Shown: positions 40,401 through 52,970 of the stretch, one piece after another
How the letters are laid out: each line of letters opens with the position of its first letter
How positions within the stretch are numbered: position 1 is the first letter of the stretch
Assembly (NCBI RefSeq): GCF_009914755.1
Contig: NC_060935.1
Length of the DNA: 64,000 bases
Strand: one strand, 5' to 3'
DNA from: the human T2T-CHM13v2.0 reference genome, Homo sapiens
Program-made: the position numbers and the translations under genes
The notes under the pieces: generated by a model
The model's input: only the letters and a program-made list of their open reading frames with translations
Databases searched by the model: none
What the model was told of the DNA's origin: nothing

Positions 40401-41379
40401 GTTCAGGATTTGCAATTTAAGGAAACATGCGGTGCATTCTATCATACTCTGTATTATTAGTAGATCTTTTATAATACGGTACATTTCAAATGTGTTCCTC
40501 CCCAACCACAAAGCCTTTTATTTACCTAAACGGTCTTGCCATGTCAAAGGCAAGGCTACTGTTCAGTAAACTCCTCTAAATCAGAATGTCATTAGAAGAA
40601 ATTTAAATTATATGTAAAGGAATAAAAGCTGAAAATCGAAGGCTTTTGTTTTGAAAAGTTGAGCTTACAAATTTGCAAGTGTCATTTTCTGTATTTCCGA
40701 AATACTGTAAAATTTATTTATTATAAAGTTTAATATTAGAAATAAAAGCTTATTACTAAAAAAAGTAATGTTAAGAAAGACAAATAATATAGCAAACACT
40801 CAAAATTGTAATTTCACTATATAAATTCATTTTCTACAATAATCAGAGGAAAATTAAAATTACTGTTCAAAATTTGGAGGTGAAAGCAGGGATCAACTGT
40901 CTATTAAAGTTACTAAATTTGGCATAAAAAATTTAAAGACTCTGGAAGATTTGGTTTCGTTTAATGAGTTCAGGGAATTTTAAAAAACACGTTTTTCTGT
41001 ATTTTTTTGAAAGTTCTTGTCAGAAAGCATTTGGAAAGTCAAAAATATATAGCAGAGAGATCAAATAGGGTTGGAGCTGAGATTCAGAGGCAGAGATAAG
41101 TGATATGGTTGGAGTATATCAATCTCCCAAGGAGCCACTTCCCAGGTTCGGAATGTAGAAACCAAGCCAGAAGTAAGAGTGGCATAAAATCATCTCCCTA
41201 CCACCTGGAAACTACCTCTCCCAACTATCTAAACAGTGGAAACTTCTGGTAATTTAACAAAAAGTATTTATGAGTTGTTAACAAAGATATGAAAAGCTAA
41301 ACCATTGTTTCAGGTACCATGCAAATTGACAATGAAGTGTTGAAAATGAAATGTAGGGCCTCTTTTCAGAATATTATGA

Positions 41380-41755
41380 TGTATTAGTCCATTCTCACTC
41401 TGCTACAAAGATACTACCTGAGACTTGGTAATTTATAAACAAAAGAGGTTAAATTGACTCACAGTTCTACATGGCTGGAGAGGCCTCAGGAAACTTACAA
41501 TCATGGCAGAAGGTGAAGGGGAAGCAGGCACCTTTTTCACAAGGCAGCAGGAGAGAGAGAAAGAGCGTGAGCGGAGGGGAAGTGCCACACTTTCAAACCA
41601 TCAGATCTCATGAGAACTCACTCACTATCAGGAGAACAGCATGGGGGAAAATCCCCCCAATAATCCAATTACCTCCCACCAGGTCCCTCCCTCAACATGT
41701 GGGGATTACAATTCAAGATAAGATCTGGTTGGGGACACAGAGCCAAATGGTATCA
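41380..41755 (-). mobile_element. THE1D/MSTA-like solo LTR
   Basis: 'tgtattagtccattctcac...ggggacacagagccaaatggtatca'; TSD tatga/tgtga. Confidence 0.93.
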
Positions 41756-42544
41756 TGTGATCTAATTGTTAGACAGAATCATAAATACACAAAGCATAGG
41801 TGAAAAGTTTCATAATAGCATTAACACCATAAAATTATGAAAGAAGGAGGAGCCCATTCTTCAAGGAATGTCAGGAACAGTTTCAGAAAAGAATCTTTGA
41901 GCTAGGTCTTGACAGATGACAAATACATAGTCTCATATGGTTAACTCTTGAGCCTTATGAGGATGAAAAACCAGTATCAGAAATAAAGACCAAGTTTTGA
42001 TTTATCTTATGTGCCATATTAAGTACTTTAGGCTGAAGGCAGTAGGAATAAATCAGCTGATTTTTAAACAGGAGAGAGAGATATGGGCAGGTTACTTATA
42101 TTGGCATCAGTGGGTGGGATAGATTGGATAAAAGGGGCGGGGAGGAGAAGAAGGGGCAGAGAAGGGAAGGGAGAAGAGAGGATAAACCATAGTTTTATTA
42201 TCTAACAAAAAGCTTCCAGGGAATTTAGGCAGACGATAGTTTTTCTTAAGGCTCCTTTTTTTTCATTGACTCCTTTCTAATTCCCCCAAGTCCCAATTCT
42301 GTTTTCTCATTTTTAATTTCTGTGTCTCATGTGAACTTACATCTGCATTGATATGATTTTCATTAGATATTATAAAGAAGAATACTTACAATTAATCTAA
42401 TGTTAGGAATATTTAGCATGCAGCAAGTGAATATAGGTGCTTACTAATTAATGCCTTGGATTACAGTGTCCTAATGCCTGGAGGTTTTTGGAAGTAACTC
42501 TGATCTCAGTAACACTCACCCTATTGCTGTTTATCTAACAAAAC

Positions 42545-42925
42545 AGGCATTGCCTCAGCTCACAGCATTTGTACTTGCTGTTCCCTTTCCCTGGGATGTA
42601 CTTTCCTCAAACATCTACAGGGCATATTCATGTATGATCTCTGAAATCACCTTGCTTCTGACTGTGGTATATAACATAGCAAAGGCCGCTGCTCAATTTC
42701 CCACCACCTCCAATTCTGTTTTTCCAATCCTGTTCCCCTTTTTTCCACAGCATTTATTGCCATCTGACATTCTATGGATTTGCTTGTTTGTGGCCAGCCT
42801 CCCCCACAAGAAAGGAAGCTCCTCAAGAGCAAGAATTTTGTTTTGTTCACTGCTGTATGTCCCCGGCACCAACAACAGTGTCTGGCATAGTGGAGATGCC
42901 TAGGTGATATTTATTGAATGAATTA
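42545..42925 (+). mobile_element. L2a 3' end
   Basis: 'tttgtacttgctgttccctttccctggg' and 'ttttgttcactgctgtatgtccccggcacc...gtctggcatag...tttattgaatgaat'. Confidence 0.85.
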
Positions 42926-43415
42926 GTAAATAATATTCCTATAAAATGTGGTGAAAAGAATTCTACATGAGGAAATTAAAGTCTGGAGAAATTCAACAAC
43001 TGGCTGAGTATAACTTAACATTAGCAATTATTATCACTGTCATTTTAGTACTATTTTTACAAACCTATGCTTTGACATATAAATTAGCTCCAGTCATCAC
43101 AGCAGTGCTGTAAGATTGCAGACAGTTGTATAGATTGTTCAAGGTCAGCTAGCTAATGGATAGAAGAATAATTTTCTGACCAAATGGTGATTTGTTATAT
43201 TTGGATGGAATGCATGTTTCCTAGCAATTTACCTGCTGGGTTGCACTTCATCTGCCTTATATCCCTTAGCTTTCTTCCACCTTCTGCTTATATATTGAAG
43301 AATTGCAGGCTTATCATTATATATTTGCCTACTGATGAAATGTATTTTAATCCTTTATGGAATTACCATAAGAGATGCTATGGATAGGCTAGAACAAACT
43401 TTGAAAGAGAGGTGG

Positions 43416-44602
43416 TGTATTCGTTTCCTAGAGCTGCTGTGTTAGGGTTCTTCAGGGAGAGAGAACTGATAGGATATATATATATAATCTATTATATCTG
43501 TATGTGTGTATATATATATGATCTATTATATGTGTATGTATATATATATATACACATATATATATATAGAGAGAGAGAGATGAGATGAGATGGGATTTTT
43601 TTAGGGGAATTAGCTCCCATGACAGGCTTTCTGCAACCTGGAAACACTGAAATGCTGATAGCATCGCTTAGTCCAACTCTGAAAACCTCAGAACCAGGTA
43701 AACAAATGGTGTAACTCAATCTGAGGCTAAAGGCCTGAGAACTCAGGGAGTTGCTGGTGTAAGTTCTGGAGTCCAAAGACCAGAGAGCTTAGAGTTCTGA
43801 TGTCCAAAGGCAGGAGAAGAAGGGTGTCCCAGCTCCAGAAGAGAGAGAGAAAGAGGGAGAGCAAATTTGCCTTTCTTCTGGCTTTTTGTTCTACCTGGGT
43901 CCACAGCCGTTTGGATGTTAACCACACACATTGAGGGTAGATCTTTCCCCATTCAGTCAACCAACTCACAATTCATGAACCAGTCTCCTCAGAAACACCC
44001 TCACAGACATACCTCATGGAAATAATGCTTTATCAGTTCTCTAAGTACTCCTTAATCCAGTCAAGTTGACATCTAAAATTAACCATCACAATTGCTGTCA
44101 CAAAATACCACAAAACTACAGACATAAAACTCATGTAAAACTACAGAATTTTTGTTTGTTTCACAGTTCTGGGGGCTAAAAAACCAAAGGTGCCAGAATC
44201 AAAGGCCCAAAATCAAGACATTGGGAGGGCCATGCTCCCTGTGAAACCTGTAGGAGAAAATCTTCCTTGTCTCTTCCTAGCTTCTGACAGAAGTCATTGA
44301 TCCTTGGCATTCCTTGGGTTACAAATGCATCGCTCCAATCTCTGTCTCTGTCATCACATGGCATTCTCCCTGTGTGTTTCTATCTTCATGTGTTCATCTT
44401 TTATGTGTGTGTGTGTCTGTGTCCAAATTTCTCTTTTCTTATGAAGACAACAGTCATACTGGATTTGAGCAATCCCTAACTGACCTCATCTTAACTCGAT
44501 TATACCTGCAAAGACCCAACTTCCAAATGAGGTCACATTCATAGATGCCAGGGTATAGGACTTCAACATATATTTCTGCAGGACACAAGGCAACCCATAG
44601 CA
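43416..44602 (-). mobile_element. MLT1C-like LTR split by MLT2 (own sequence 43416-43437 and 44091-44602)
   Basis: 'tgtattcgtttcctagagctgc' ... 'ttccaaatgaggtcacattc...caacccatagca'; TSD ggtgg/gatgg. Confidence 0.85.
43438..44090 (-). mobile_element. MLT2 (ERVL) solo LTR with an internal (TA)n/(GA)n microsatellite
   Basis: The minus strand starts TGTGATGGTTAATTTTAGATGTCAACTTGACTGG and ends ...GAACCCTAACACA. Confidence 0.9.
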
Positions 44603-44733
44603 GATGGAGAGCATCAGCATGATGGGATTGCTAATAATGGGTTTAATGTATCAAGCTATTTCTCAATTCAGAGACTTCCCATGTATTGTCTCCTCTGTCT
44701 GCATTACTTTTCTGCCCACTCTTTGCTCAAGTT

Positions 44734-45149
44734 CTGGTATTGTACTGGAGCCATCTCACACCAGCTCTTGAGGTTCAATTGCTAAATTTTCAGAAGCCAG
44801 TTGCCAAACACAGCAATTATTAAAAATTAAATATATAAACGTAATTAATTACATTTAAAGCAATGGTAATACATTCTAAAAACTTATCCATTTCTAGCTA
44901 TTTTGCTACATTTGATTATTATCTATCTATACTCTTTAGATTATTTGCATCTATTATATTTACATAGCAGAAATATAAAATACTGGTATTAATATGTCTC
45001 CATAAATCCATATTCAGTGACCTCACCTTGATAGTTTGAAATTGGCCACAGAGTGGATATATTTATAATACAGAAACCAGCTACCAGTACAAATCAGGTC
45101 TTTTTTTATCCTTGGAAAAGCAGCTGTTAAATATTTACCAGATATACTG
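44734..45149 (+). mobile_element. MER63B-like (hAT-Blackjack) inserted in L2
   Basis: 'gtactggagccatctcacaccagctc...aaacacagcaattattaaaaattaaa...ttcagtgacctcaccttgatagtttgaaattggcca...tgttaaatatttaccag'. Confidence 0.8.
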
Positions 45150-45455
45150 GTTAATTCTCGTACTTCCTTTAGGCCTCATCTTCATCTCCTCAGACCAGCT
45201 TTCCATAGCATCCATTTAAAATAGACTCCTTCCTCTCATTATTCTCTTTCTGAATTCCTTTTTCTATTCTTCTTGAAATTCTTTTTTGTAATTGTGCAGT
45301 TATATATGCATTTATTTCATATCTGTTTCTCTCACTAAATTAAGTTTCTTGAGAGCAGGACCCGTGATTTTTTTATTTCTGTTTATTTCTAGCACAGAAA
45401 TACAGCATTTAGCATATGACAGGCACTTAATACATATTTGTTAAATATTTATGAT
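45150..45455 (+). mobile_element. L2 3' end (continues from ~44670-44733)
   Basis: 'ctcactaaattaagtttcttgagagcaggacc...tagcacag...aggcacttaatacatatttgttaaat'. Confidence 0.75.
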
Positions 45456-46129
45456 GCATTTGAGGAATAAATGGAAAATCAAAATTATGAGATAGTATGT
45501 TAAGTTTGGTGATCAGGCAAAGTTAAAGCATGGCCAAAAGGCACTGAGTTTCCAGTTACCTGCTAAGATGTGTAATTAAATTTAGGTGAAAACTGAGAGT
45601 GTTAATTCCTTGGTATCTATTTTTCCTGCCTCTTTGCACTTATGATTTGTGATGGTAAACATTAATAATCTAATCAGATGCATGGGACAATTGAAGTAAA
45701 GAGAGATGTGTATGGCATATACCCAGTGAGAGGTTCCTAGAACGTAGTAAATTTGTTCTAATAAAAGAATCTGACAATTGAAGAAAGGAATGCAAACTGG
45801 CCTATGGCATAGTTACCGACTTACCATTTGTGCCAACGAATCCTTGGGTGACCTCACTGTAAGGAGCTACATGAGATAAAGATGGGCTCAATGTAGAAAT
45901 GAAAATAATAAATGCCTTCAATGGGAGGATAGGTCAACATATTTGAAGTATTCTGGGGTACTACTAAGCCTGGGAAATAATCTAGGGACAGAAGAGGTAG
46001 GCACTAGTCTTGGCTTCCAGGCTTTAATTAAACACCTATATATGGGCAGCATCAGCTGTAGTTAGGAAGCAGTTCATTCCATCCAGAGACTTGGTTACCG
46101 AAGGCCCAGACTTATCAAGCATGGCCAAA

Positions 46130-46365
46130 TGGTAAGAGTAAGAGTCTTGAAAGTAGACATACTGAGATATTAAAATTAACTCTTAGTTTATTAAATGACT
46201 TTCAGTAATGTACTTAATCTGACTGCAGTTGGTTTCTTTATGTCTTAAATTGGGGTAACAGTACAAACCTGTTGGAGAAAGGAGACCGCCACTAACATTT
46301 CAGGAAGTTTTGCATGAATTAGTAAAGGGCATCGACTCTGAGCTAATGCAGTCCCTCTAGCTAAT
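46130..46365 (+). mobile_element. MIR
   Basis: 'aatgtacttaatctgactgcagttggtttctttatgtcttaaattggggtaacagtac'. Confidence 0.5.
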
Positions 46366-47964
46366 GGCTTGGCAAGAAAATGACTCTTTTGCATAAGTAA
46401 AAAGATAGTTTCTTGTTTCTGGTGCTCATACTCAGGGTACAAGACTACTGGCCTCCAAATGCAGGAAGCAAGTGATCTGTACAATCATTCTGGGTCCTGG
46501 GGCTGAGGTAAAGATTAATCAAGATCTTATATTAAAACACTGAGCTGTATTTGAAAACTTAACCCTGTCACAAATGTCAGTTTCCTTCCCAAAAATCTCT
46601 CCTCGTTTTCTTCTCTTTCCTGTCTCCCCCACACCACTATCAAGTTGGATTTCCTTGCCCTTGGAGATGAGTGAGTTCAACTTTAATTTTCTACAAATAT
46701 CTTTGTTTCAGACCCTGAATAGATAACAGAGAGTCATTTACCCTCTTCTCATTGCTCTACCCCATGTAACTCCCATCCCATGTAATTAATCATAAAGTGT
46801 ATTTTGTTTTATGAGGTATCCTGAGTAAGTGCTAATGGAGACTAAGTTTAGGGAGCATGAAATACTGCTACCTTTCTCCATGTGCCAATAAACCTGCTCA
46901 GTCTCAGCTGTAAAAAACACAAACAAGTAAAACCTGTTTTTCTCTTGCCCCTTAAATTATGTCAGTACCTGGCAGTCGTTTATGTTTTAAAAGTCAACAG
47001 ATGGCACTCAAGGGACCAGGAACATGATAAGTGTTTAAAGGGTGTGATTTACTACTCAGCAATGTGCCAGTGATGTGGCATGAATTAAAAACAAGAAGTC
47101 TTCCAGGAGAAAAGATTTCTTTAGAGATGTAATTAATTGACCTGGTTTGGGTCTCTCCTTTCCCGGAGAAGTAGTTGTCAGTGAAGTGTTTCAAATACTG
47201 CCCTGGTTGTAATTATTATTCAAGTTCATGCTGCAAAATCATCTTCACTTAATAATTCTAGCATTCACCACCCAAAAACTCATAAACAAGGCTTTTGTAT
47301 TGCCACACAGTTTGGAATTTTTTTTCTCTCAGAATTAGGAAGCAAATGTAGCCAGCAATTATTTTAGATATTGCTTTCAGAAATGAATTTTTCCCATATC
47401 TGTCAGATTTGGCTCAGAGTTCTTTTTCAATTTAATCATTGTTAGCAGCATGAAAAACTGTTAAGTTAAATGTTCAGACCTAAGCAAGTCATTACTCCAT
47501 ATCTGAACTCTAGAGAGCTAATGGTTGTCATGGTAATATGACTGCATGTGTGAAGTTAGCATTGGCAACATTACATTTTCATTAAAACATCATGAATATT
47601 TGCATGAACTTCTGCCCAGACCATTGTTGCAGGATTGGCTCCTCCACCCCATCTCATAATCGTGCCAAGAGATTTCATATTTCAGATCCAAACTTGTTAG
47701 AGTTTACAGCGTTCATTATTCATCCCTCGGAGATAGAAGTTGACCTGTATTCAAGGCTTAACATATATGAATAGAGAGCTCACTATATATCTCTATGGTT
47801 GATCCTACTAATTACTGTTCCACTGAATTGAGGTAACCCTCCCATTTCTTTTAGTGAATAGTTTTAATTACTTTCTTTGACTTGCCTCTTCCCAAATTAG
47901 GATATGTTTCTTCAAATAACTCCCCATGGATTTGTAGTGTTGCTATTACTCCTGAAGATGTAGG

Positions 47965-48236
47965 TTTCCCCCTCCCCTCCCCTTCCTTCCCCTCCTTCCC
48001 CTTGATGGAGTTTCGCCCTTTCACCCAGGCTGGAATGAAGTGGTGTGATCTCAGTTGACTGCAACCTCTGCCTCCTAGGTTCAAGCCATTCTCCTGCCTA
48101 AGCCTCCCGAGTAGCTGAGATTACAGGCACATGCCACCACGCCCAGCTAATTTTTGTATTTTTAGTAGAGGTGACGTTTCGCCATGTTGGCCAGGCTTGT
48201 CTTGAACTCCTGACTTCAGGTAATCCACTCGCCTTG
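47965..48236 (-). mobile_element. AluS, 5'-truncated, with G-rich tail
   Basis: Antisense Alu body at 48004-48236 lacking the first ~45 nt; C-rich tract on + instead of poly-T. Confidence 0.92.
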
Positions 48237-49004
48237 TGCTAGAATTTTTTTTCTCCTTATGCCTTCTTCCCAGAACCTCCATTATGTTTCCTTTGGTTTA
48301 GGGCTGTGATTATACTTATTTGCCCATATGATCATTTATTTATTCAATTAATAAATATTTATTATGGTTTACTATGTTGTAGGGTAGATGCTAGATCCTA
48401 AGTAAGCAAGGGCAACAATTAGTTGATTAGACATGTAAGCTCTTGCTGTCTACCCTGTTCTTGGCCAAATTGTCTGTATTTCAGTGCAGCAGATGTCTTC
48501 ACAAAGGTTTTTTTAGCACACAAACTGTTTGTTGAGTCCTATAAATTAGCAAACAATGCTAGTTTACTTTTTGTTTCCATGTCATTGTTTAAACATTCTT
48601 TTGTTGAGCTAAAGGTTTGAATGAATAAGCCAACAACCAGGAGGTGCCAGAACAGTTCCTGTATATACCCTGCATATATTTATTTGCAGATTTTACTGGC
48701 TATTAAATATCATATAATACATATCAGCTCTCTCCTTTCTCTGCTTACACATACATGGTTCCTGATTGATCAATAATTTAAGCGTTGCATTTGGAGATTC
48801 CTATAGGAGTTTCAAATGGTGTCCACGGTACTTCTGTATGTGCCTCTGTTCATATTGCTCCTTACACTTAGTCTGCCTTTCCCATCCCAAATTCCCACTG
48901 AAGACCTGGAGAAGGCCTCATCTTTCAAAATTCAATTCAAGTATCATTTCGTTTATGAAGTGTTATATAACAATAGGAGGATAAATCAATAACAGGATAA
49001 ATAA

Positions 49005-49327
<323 letters not shown>

Positions 49328-49339
49328 TAAAAGCATTTT

Positions 49340-49510
49340 TTTTTAACAACTCTGGAAGTGAATTCCAGCAGAACCAGCAAAAAGAATGGAATTAATTACC
49401 TCTGGGGAAAGTGCCTAAGGGTAAGGAGAACTAGGGCAGGAAACTATTATAAGTCTTGTACCACTATTAAGCTTCTAAAACCATGTACATGCCATTTTAA
49501 TTTTTAAAAA
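49340..49510 (+). mobile_element. L1ME 3' end fragment
   Basis: 'aattaattacctctggggaaag...ccatgtacatgcc'. Confidence 0.4.
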
Positions 49511-49959
49511 GATAAATTTTAAAAACTCTATATGCTTACATTAAAAGTATACTAGTTATTCTGTAGTATTTCTCATCAAATTATTTTAATTTGGATTATT
49601 TTTTTCACTAAATTTAAATGGACAGCAGACCCAGATGAATAATAAAGCATAAAGTTTGATTTCAGTAAATTGATAACTTGATAACTTTGATCATTTGTGT
49701 ACTTATGCCTTCTAATTACAGCCCTCTAAAAATACATCGGATTGGTTTTTAAAAATGTAATCTGTAAAAGCCTTTCTGCCGATTGCTAACTAAATGTCAA
49801 CATCTACCATGTAGTCTTAGGAATCATTAAGAATACAACTGAGGGTCATAGATTTAGAAAGATATTTAATCCACCCTAAAGATGAGATACTGAATTAGGT
49901 AATATCTAGAAGTCTCTTGCATGCCTCCTTCCAAGATATTTATATCTGTAACTACACCC

Positions 49960-50340
49960 GAATATCTATTTAGAAACAGATATCTAAAATTATGGGGATT
50001 GTTGGATCTTGACAAGTTGCTTTTAAATGAATTCTGTGAAAATAAAAGATCTCAGAATATCTGGGAATCTTCAGTAAGAGAAGAATAATGAGAAAGAATA
50101 GCATTCTAAAATATTAAAGCCTATTATGCAGCTGAAATTTAAAAAATACTATGGGTTTATCAATGAATTTGATAGAGCTAGGATGGAATATAAAACTCAA
50201 AAATACATATGTGAAGGTAGTTTATGATAAATGCGGAATTTCAGATCATGGTGAAAAGAATTTTTCAATAGTGGTAGGACCACAGTTTTACAGCCATTTA
50301 GAAAAATAAATAAAATGCAATTTTAAAAAGCTAGATCCAT
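49960..50340 (+). mobile_element. Ancient L1 ORF2 fragment
   Basis: 'tttatgataaatgcggaatttcagatcatggtgaaaag...ttcaatagtggt...agctagatcc'. Confidence 0.55.
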
Positions 50341-50344
50341 GCTT

Positions 50345-50870
50345 TATGAAAATAAGAGATTCCCCTCCCCCCCTTTTATTTTGAGCATTTACTTTAGAAA
50401 ACTTGTAATTATACATACTTGATACTATTTCTAAAAAAAAAAAATACATCCTTTTGAAACCTAGGCAAGATTTTTTCAGCTTAATCATCCAGGAATGTCT
50501 CTCTCAAGGACCTGGAAGCTGTCTCTTTGAAATGTAAACATCATTAAAAAAAAAAGATGTTTGTTTCTCTTCTAAGTAAAGCCAATTCCAATTAGCTAAA
50601 ATAAATGGTCACCCCAGTTAGCTGGTAAAGTTAAAGTGGTGCTGTCAAGCCCTCTTACTCGAAGACTAGTTATTATTTATCTTGATAATATGTGTGTAAT
50701 GGGCTGTATCTGCTTGGCTATATAAAATTTCTTTCTGTCTTTGCAATCTCTTTGTGGATTGCCTGTGATATGCTCACATTCTAGATTAATTCTTATTCAA
50801 TAATGATTTTTTTTTGTTTCTCTACTACTTTTATAGGAAACATTTCTAGGTTGAGAGATTATTTTATCAC
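50345..50870 (+). mobile_element. MER34-family LTR (ERV1)
   Basis: 'ccaggaatgtctctctcaaggacctggaagctgtctctttgaaatgtaaacatc' and 'gtatctgcttggctatataaaa...gattgcctgtgat'. Confidence 0.82.
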
Positions 50871-50911
50871 CAATATTGCTAATACAGATTTTCTCTGCTG
50901 TAAATAGCCTT

Positions 50912-51277
50912 TGTATTAGTTTGTTTTCACACTGCTATAAAGAATACGTGAAACTGGGTAATTTATAAAGAAAAGAGGCTTAATTGACTCACAGTTTCAC
51001 ATGGCTGGGAAGGCCTCAGGAAACTTACAATAACAGCAGAAGGGGAAGCAAGACAGCAGGAGAGAGAGTGAGGCAGGGGAAATTGCCAGAAACTTATCAA
51101 ACAACCAGATCCTGTGAGAAATCACTCACCATCATGAGAACGGCATGGGGAAACTGTCCCCACGATCCAATCACCTCCCACCAGGACCACCCCTACCCTG
51201 CCCTTGACATGTAGGGATTACAATTTGGATTACAGCTGGAGATGAGATTTGGGTGGGGAAACAGCCAAACCATATCA
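50912..51277 (-). mobile_element. THE1D-like solo LTR
   Basis: 'tgtattagtttgttttcacactgctataaag...gggtggggaaacagccaaaccatatca'; TSD gcctt/gccct. Confidence 0.93.
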
Positions 51278-52099
51278 GCCCTGTTTTTATATTGGTTCTC
51301 TTGTCCGGGTTGGAATTCTGACTAGGACCCTGTGTGGGGTAAAACACTGTGGGATGGAGATGGGGCAGGTTAACTAGCCTGGTTTTCTCTGGGGTGAGTG
51401 GCAGGAGATATCTATCAGCTGGGATTAAAACCAAGCACATTGCTTCCAGAATTTCTTACTGCTTGACTTGAATGAAAATGTTATTACTGATGATAATTTG
51501 GGGGAATAATCTCATGCCTAACTTGTATTGGAATAATAGTAAGATGTGTAATAAACATATGTGAGTCTTGAGAATTCCGCTCTCATTTTGACTCAACAGT
51601 AAGTTACTTGATAAAGTTTGTCCTACAGTCTCACTTCTTCTCAGCAGAATTCTTACTGTGTGATCAGATACTAAATTCCTTTCAGTTTATTCCCAGTAAA
51701 TCTGATGGAATGTCTAGATTCTGCAGACTTTGATCCAAAGACTGAACTAAATCCAATGAACTCAAGAGAACAACTTTTAAGTAGTTATTAAGCCGATATT
51801 CTGTGTTCAGACCTGTGCCTGGGACTGAAAGAACATAAATAAATGTAACTGAGGAATTGTTCTTTCTCTTTGATCTAGATGATAACTTACCTAGGGGACG
51901 AATGGGAGTGGGCAGATCTGAAGAATGGAAGAATCTGTTGTAATAGTCTAAATGTGAGGCAATGAATTATAAGGTTTCCATAATACAGATGCAAAGAGAC
52001 AGAAAGATAAACTACCATAAGAATTAAAGGAGCTTGATAAGTTCCTCTGCAAAGCCTAAATTAAAATGAGACATAAATGGTCAATGATTGACACAAGAT

Positions 52100-52262
52100 A
52101 GTACAGCAGATAAAAATATGGATTTCGGTGTCTATGAGAACTGAATTAAAGTCCCAGATCTGACATTGGAATTCAACAGTTACATGATTCTTCTCAGTTT
52201 CAGTTTTCTTTTGTGTAAAATAGAACAAACCGTACTTCCTTCAGAAATGTATTATAAAGTTA
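52100..52262 (+). mobile_element. MIR
   Basis: 'cagttttcttttgtgtaaaatagaac...tacttccttcagaaatgttattataaag'. Confidence 0.55.
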
Positions 52263-52493
52263 GTGTTTTTAAAACTACAGGTTATGCCTTTTTCTTGAGA
52301 AATTAACTTTACAGTTTAATGAGGAACAGATAGCATTTTAATAAGAAAGATCTGGAAAAGAAAAGTAGAATGCATCACTCATGGTAAAAATAAGTATTTT
52401 TGTAACACTTTATTCTAGTGATTGTATATATGTGTGTGAGTGTGTGTGTGTAAGAGAATCATTGGATTAAAAATTAAAATATAAATAATAGGT

Positions 52494-52847
52494 ATTTATG
52501 AGAAACCCACAGCCAATATCATACTGAATGGGTAAAAGCTGGAAGCATTCCTTTTGAAAATCATCACAAGACAAGGATGCCCTCTCTTACCACTTCTATT
52601 CAACATAGTATTGGAAGTTCTGGCCAGGGCAATCAGGCAAGAGAAAAAAAATGGTATTCAAACAGGAAGAGAGGAAATCAAATTGTCTCTGTTTGCAGAT
52701 GACATGATTGTACATTTAGAAAACCCCATTATCTCAGCCGCAAAACTCCTTAAGCTGATGAGCAACTTCAGCAAAGTCTCAGGACGCAAATCAATGTGCA
52801 AAAATCACAAGCATTCTTATACACCAATGATAGAGAGCCAAATCATG
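52494..52847 (+). mobile_element. Isolated internal L1PA ORF2 fragment (RT core)
   Basis: Translates [27 protein letters not shown]...[15 protein letters not shown], the L1 RT motifs. No 3' UTR, poly-A or TSD visible. Confidence 0.92.
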
Positions 52848-52854
52848 TGTCAGA

Positions 52855-52970
52855 AGTGGGAACACTGATGTTTAGAAAGACTAAGTAGCTTGTTGAAGTT
52901 TACTTAACTGATGGATCCTAGATTCAAACCTAGGCATTCTGATTCAGAAACTCCTAAGTTTTTACTACAA
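52855..52970 (-). mobile_element. MIR fragment
   Basis: 'aacactgatgtttagaaagactaagtagcttgttgaag...gattcaaacctaggcattctgattcaga'. Confidence 0.65.

Noticed and set aside
52554-52868. ORF with reverse-transcriptase motifs
   Set aside because: It is a fragment of L1 ORF2 with no ATG start (ttg at 52554) and a frameshifted end; not a novel RT or retron-like gene.
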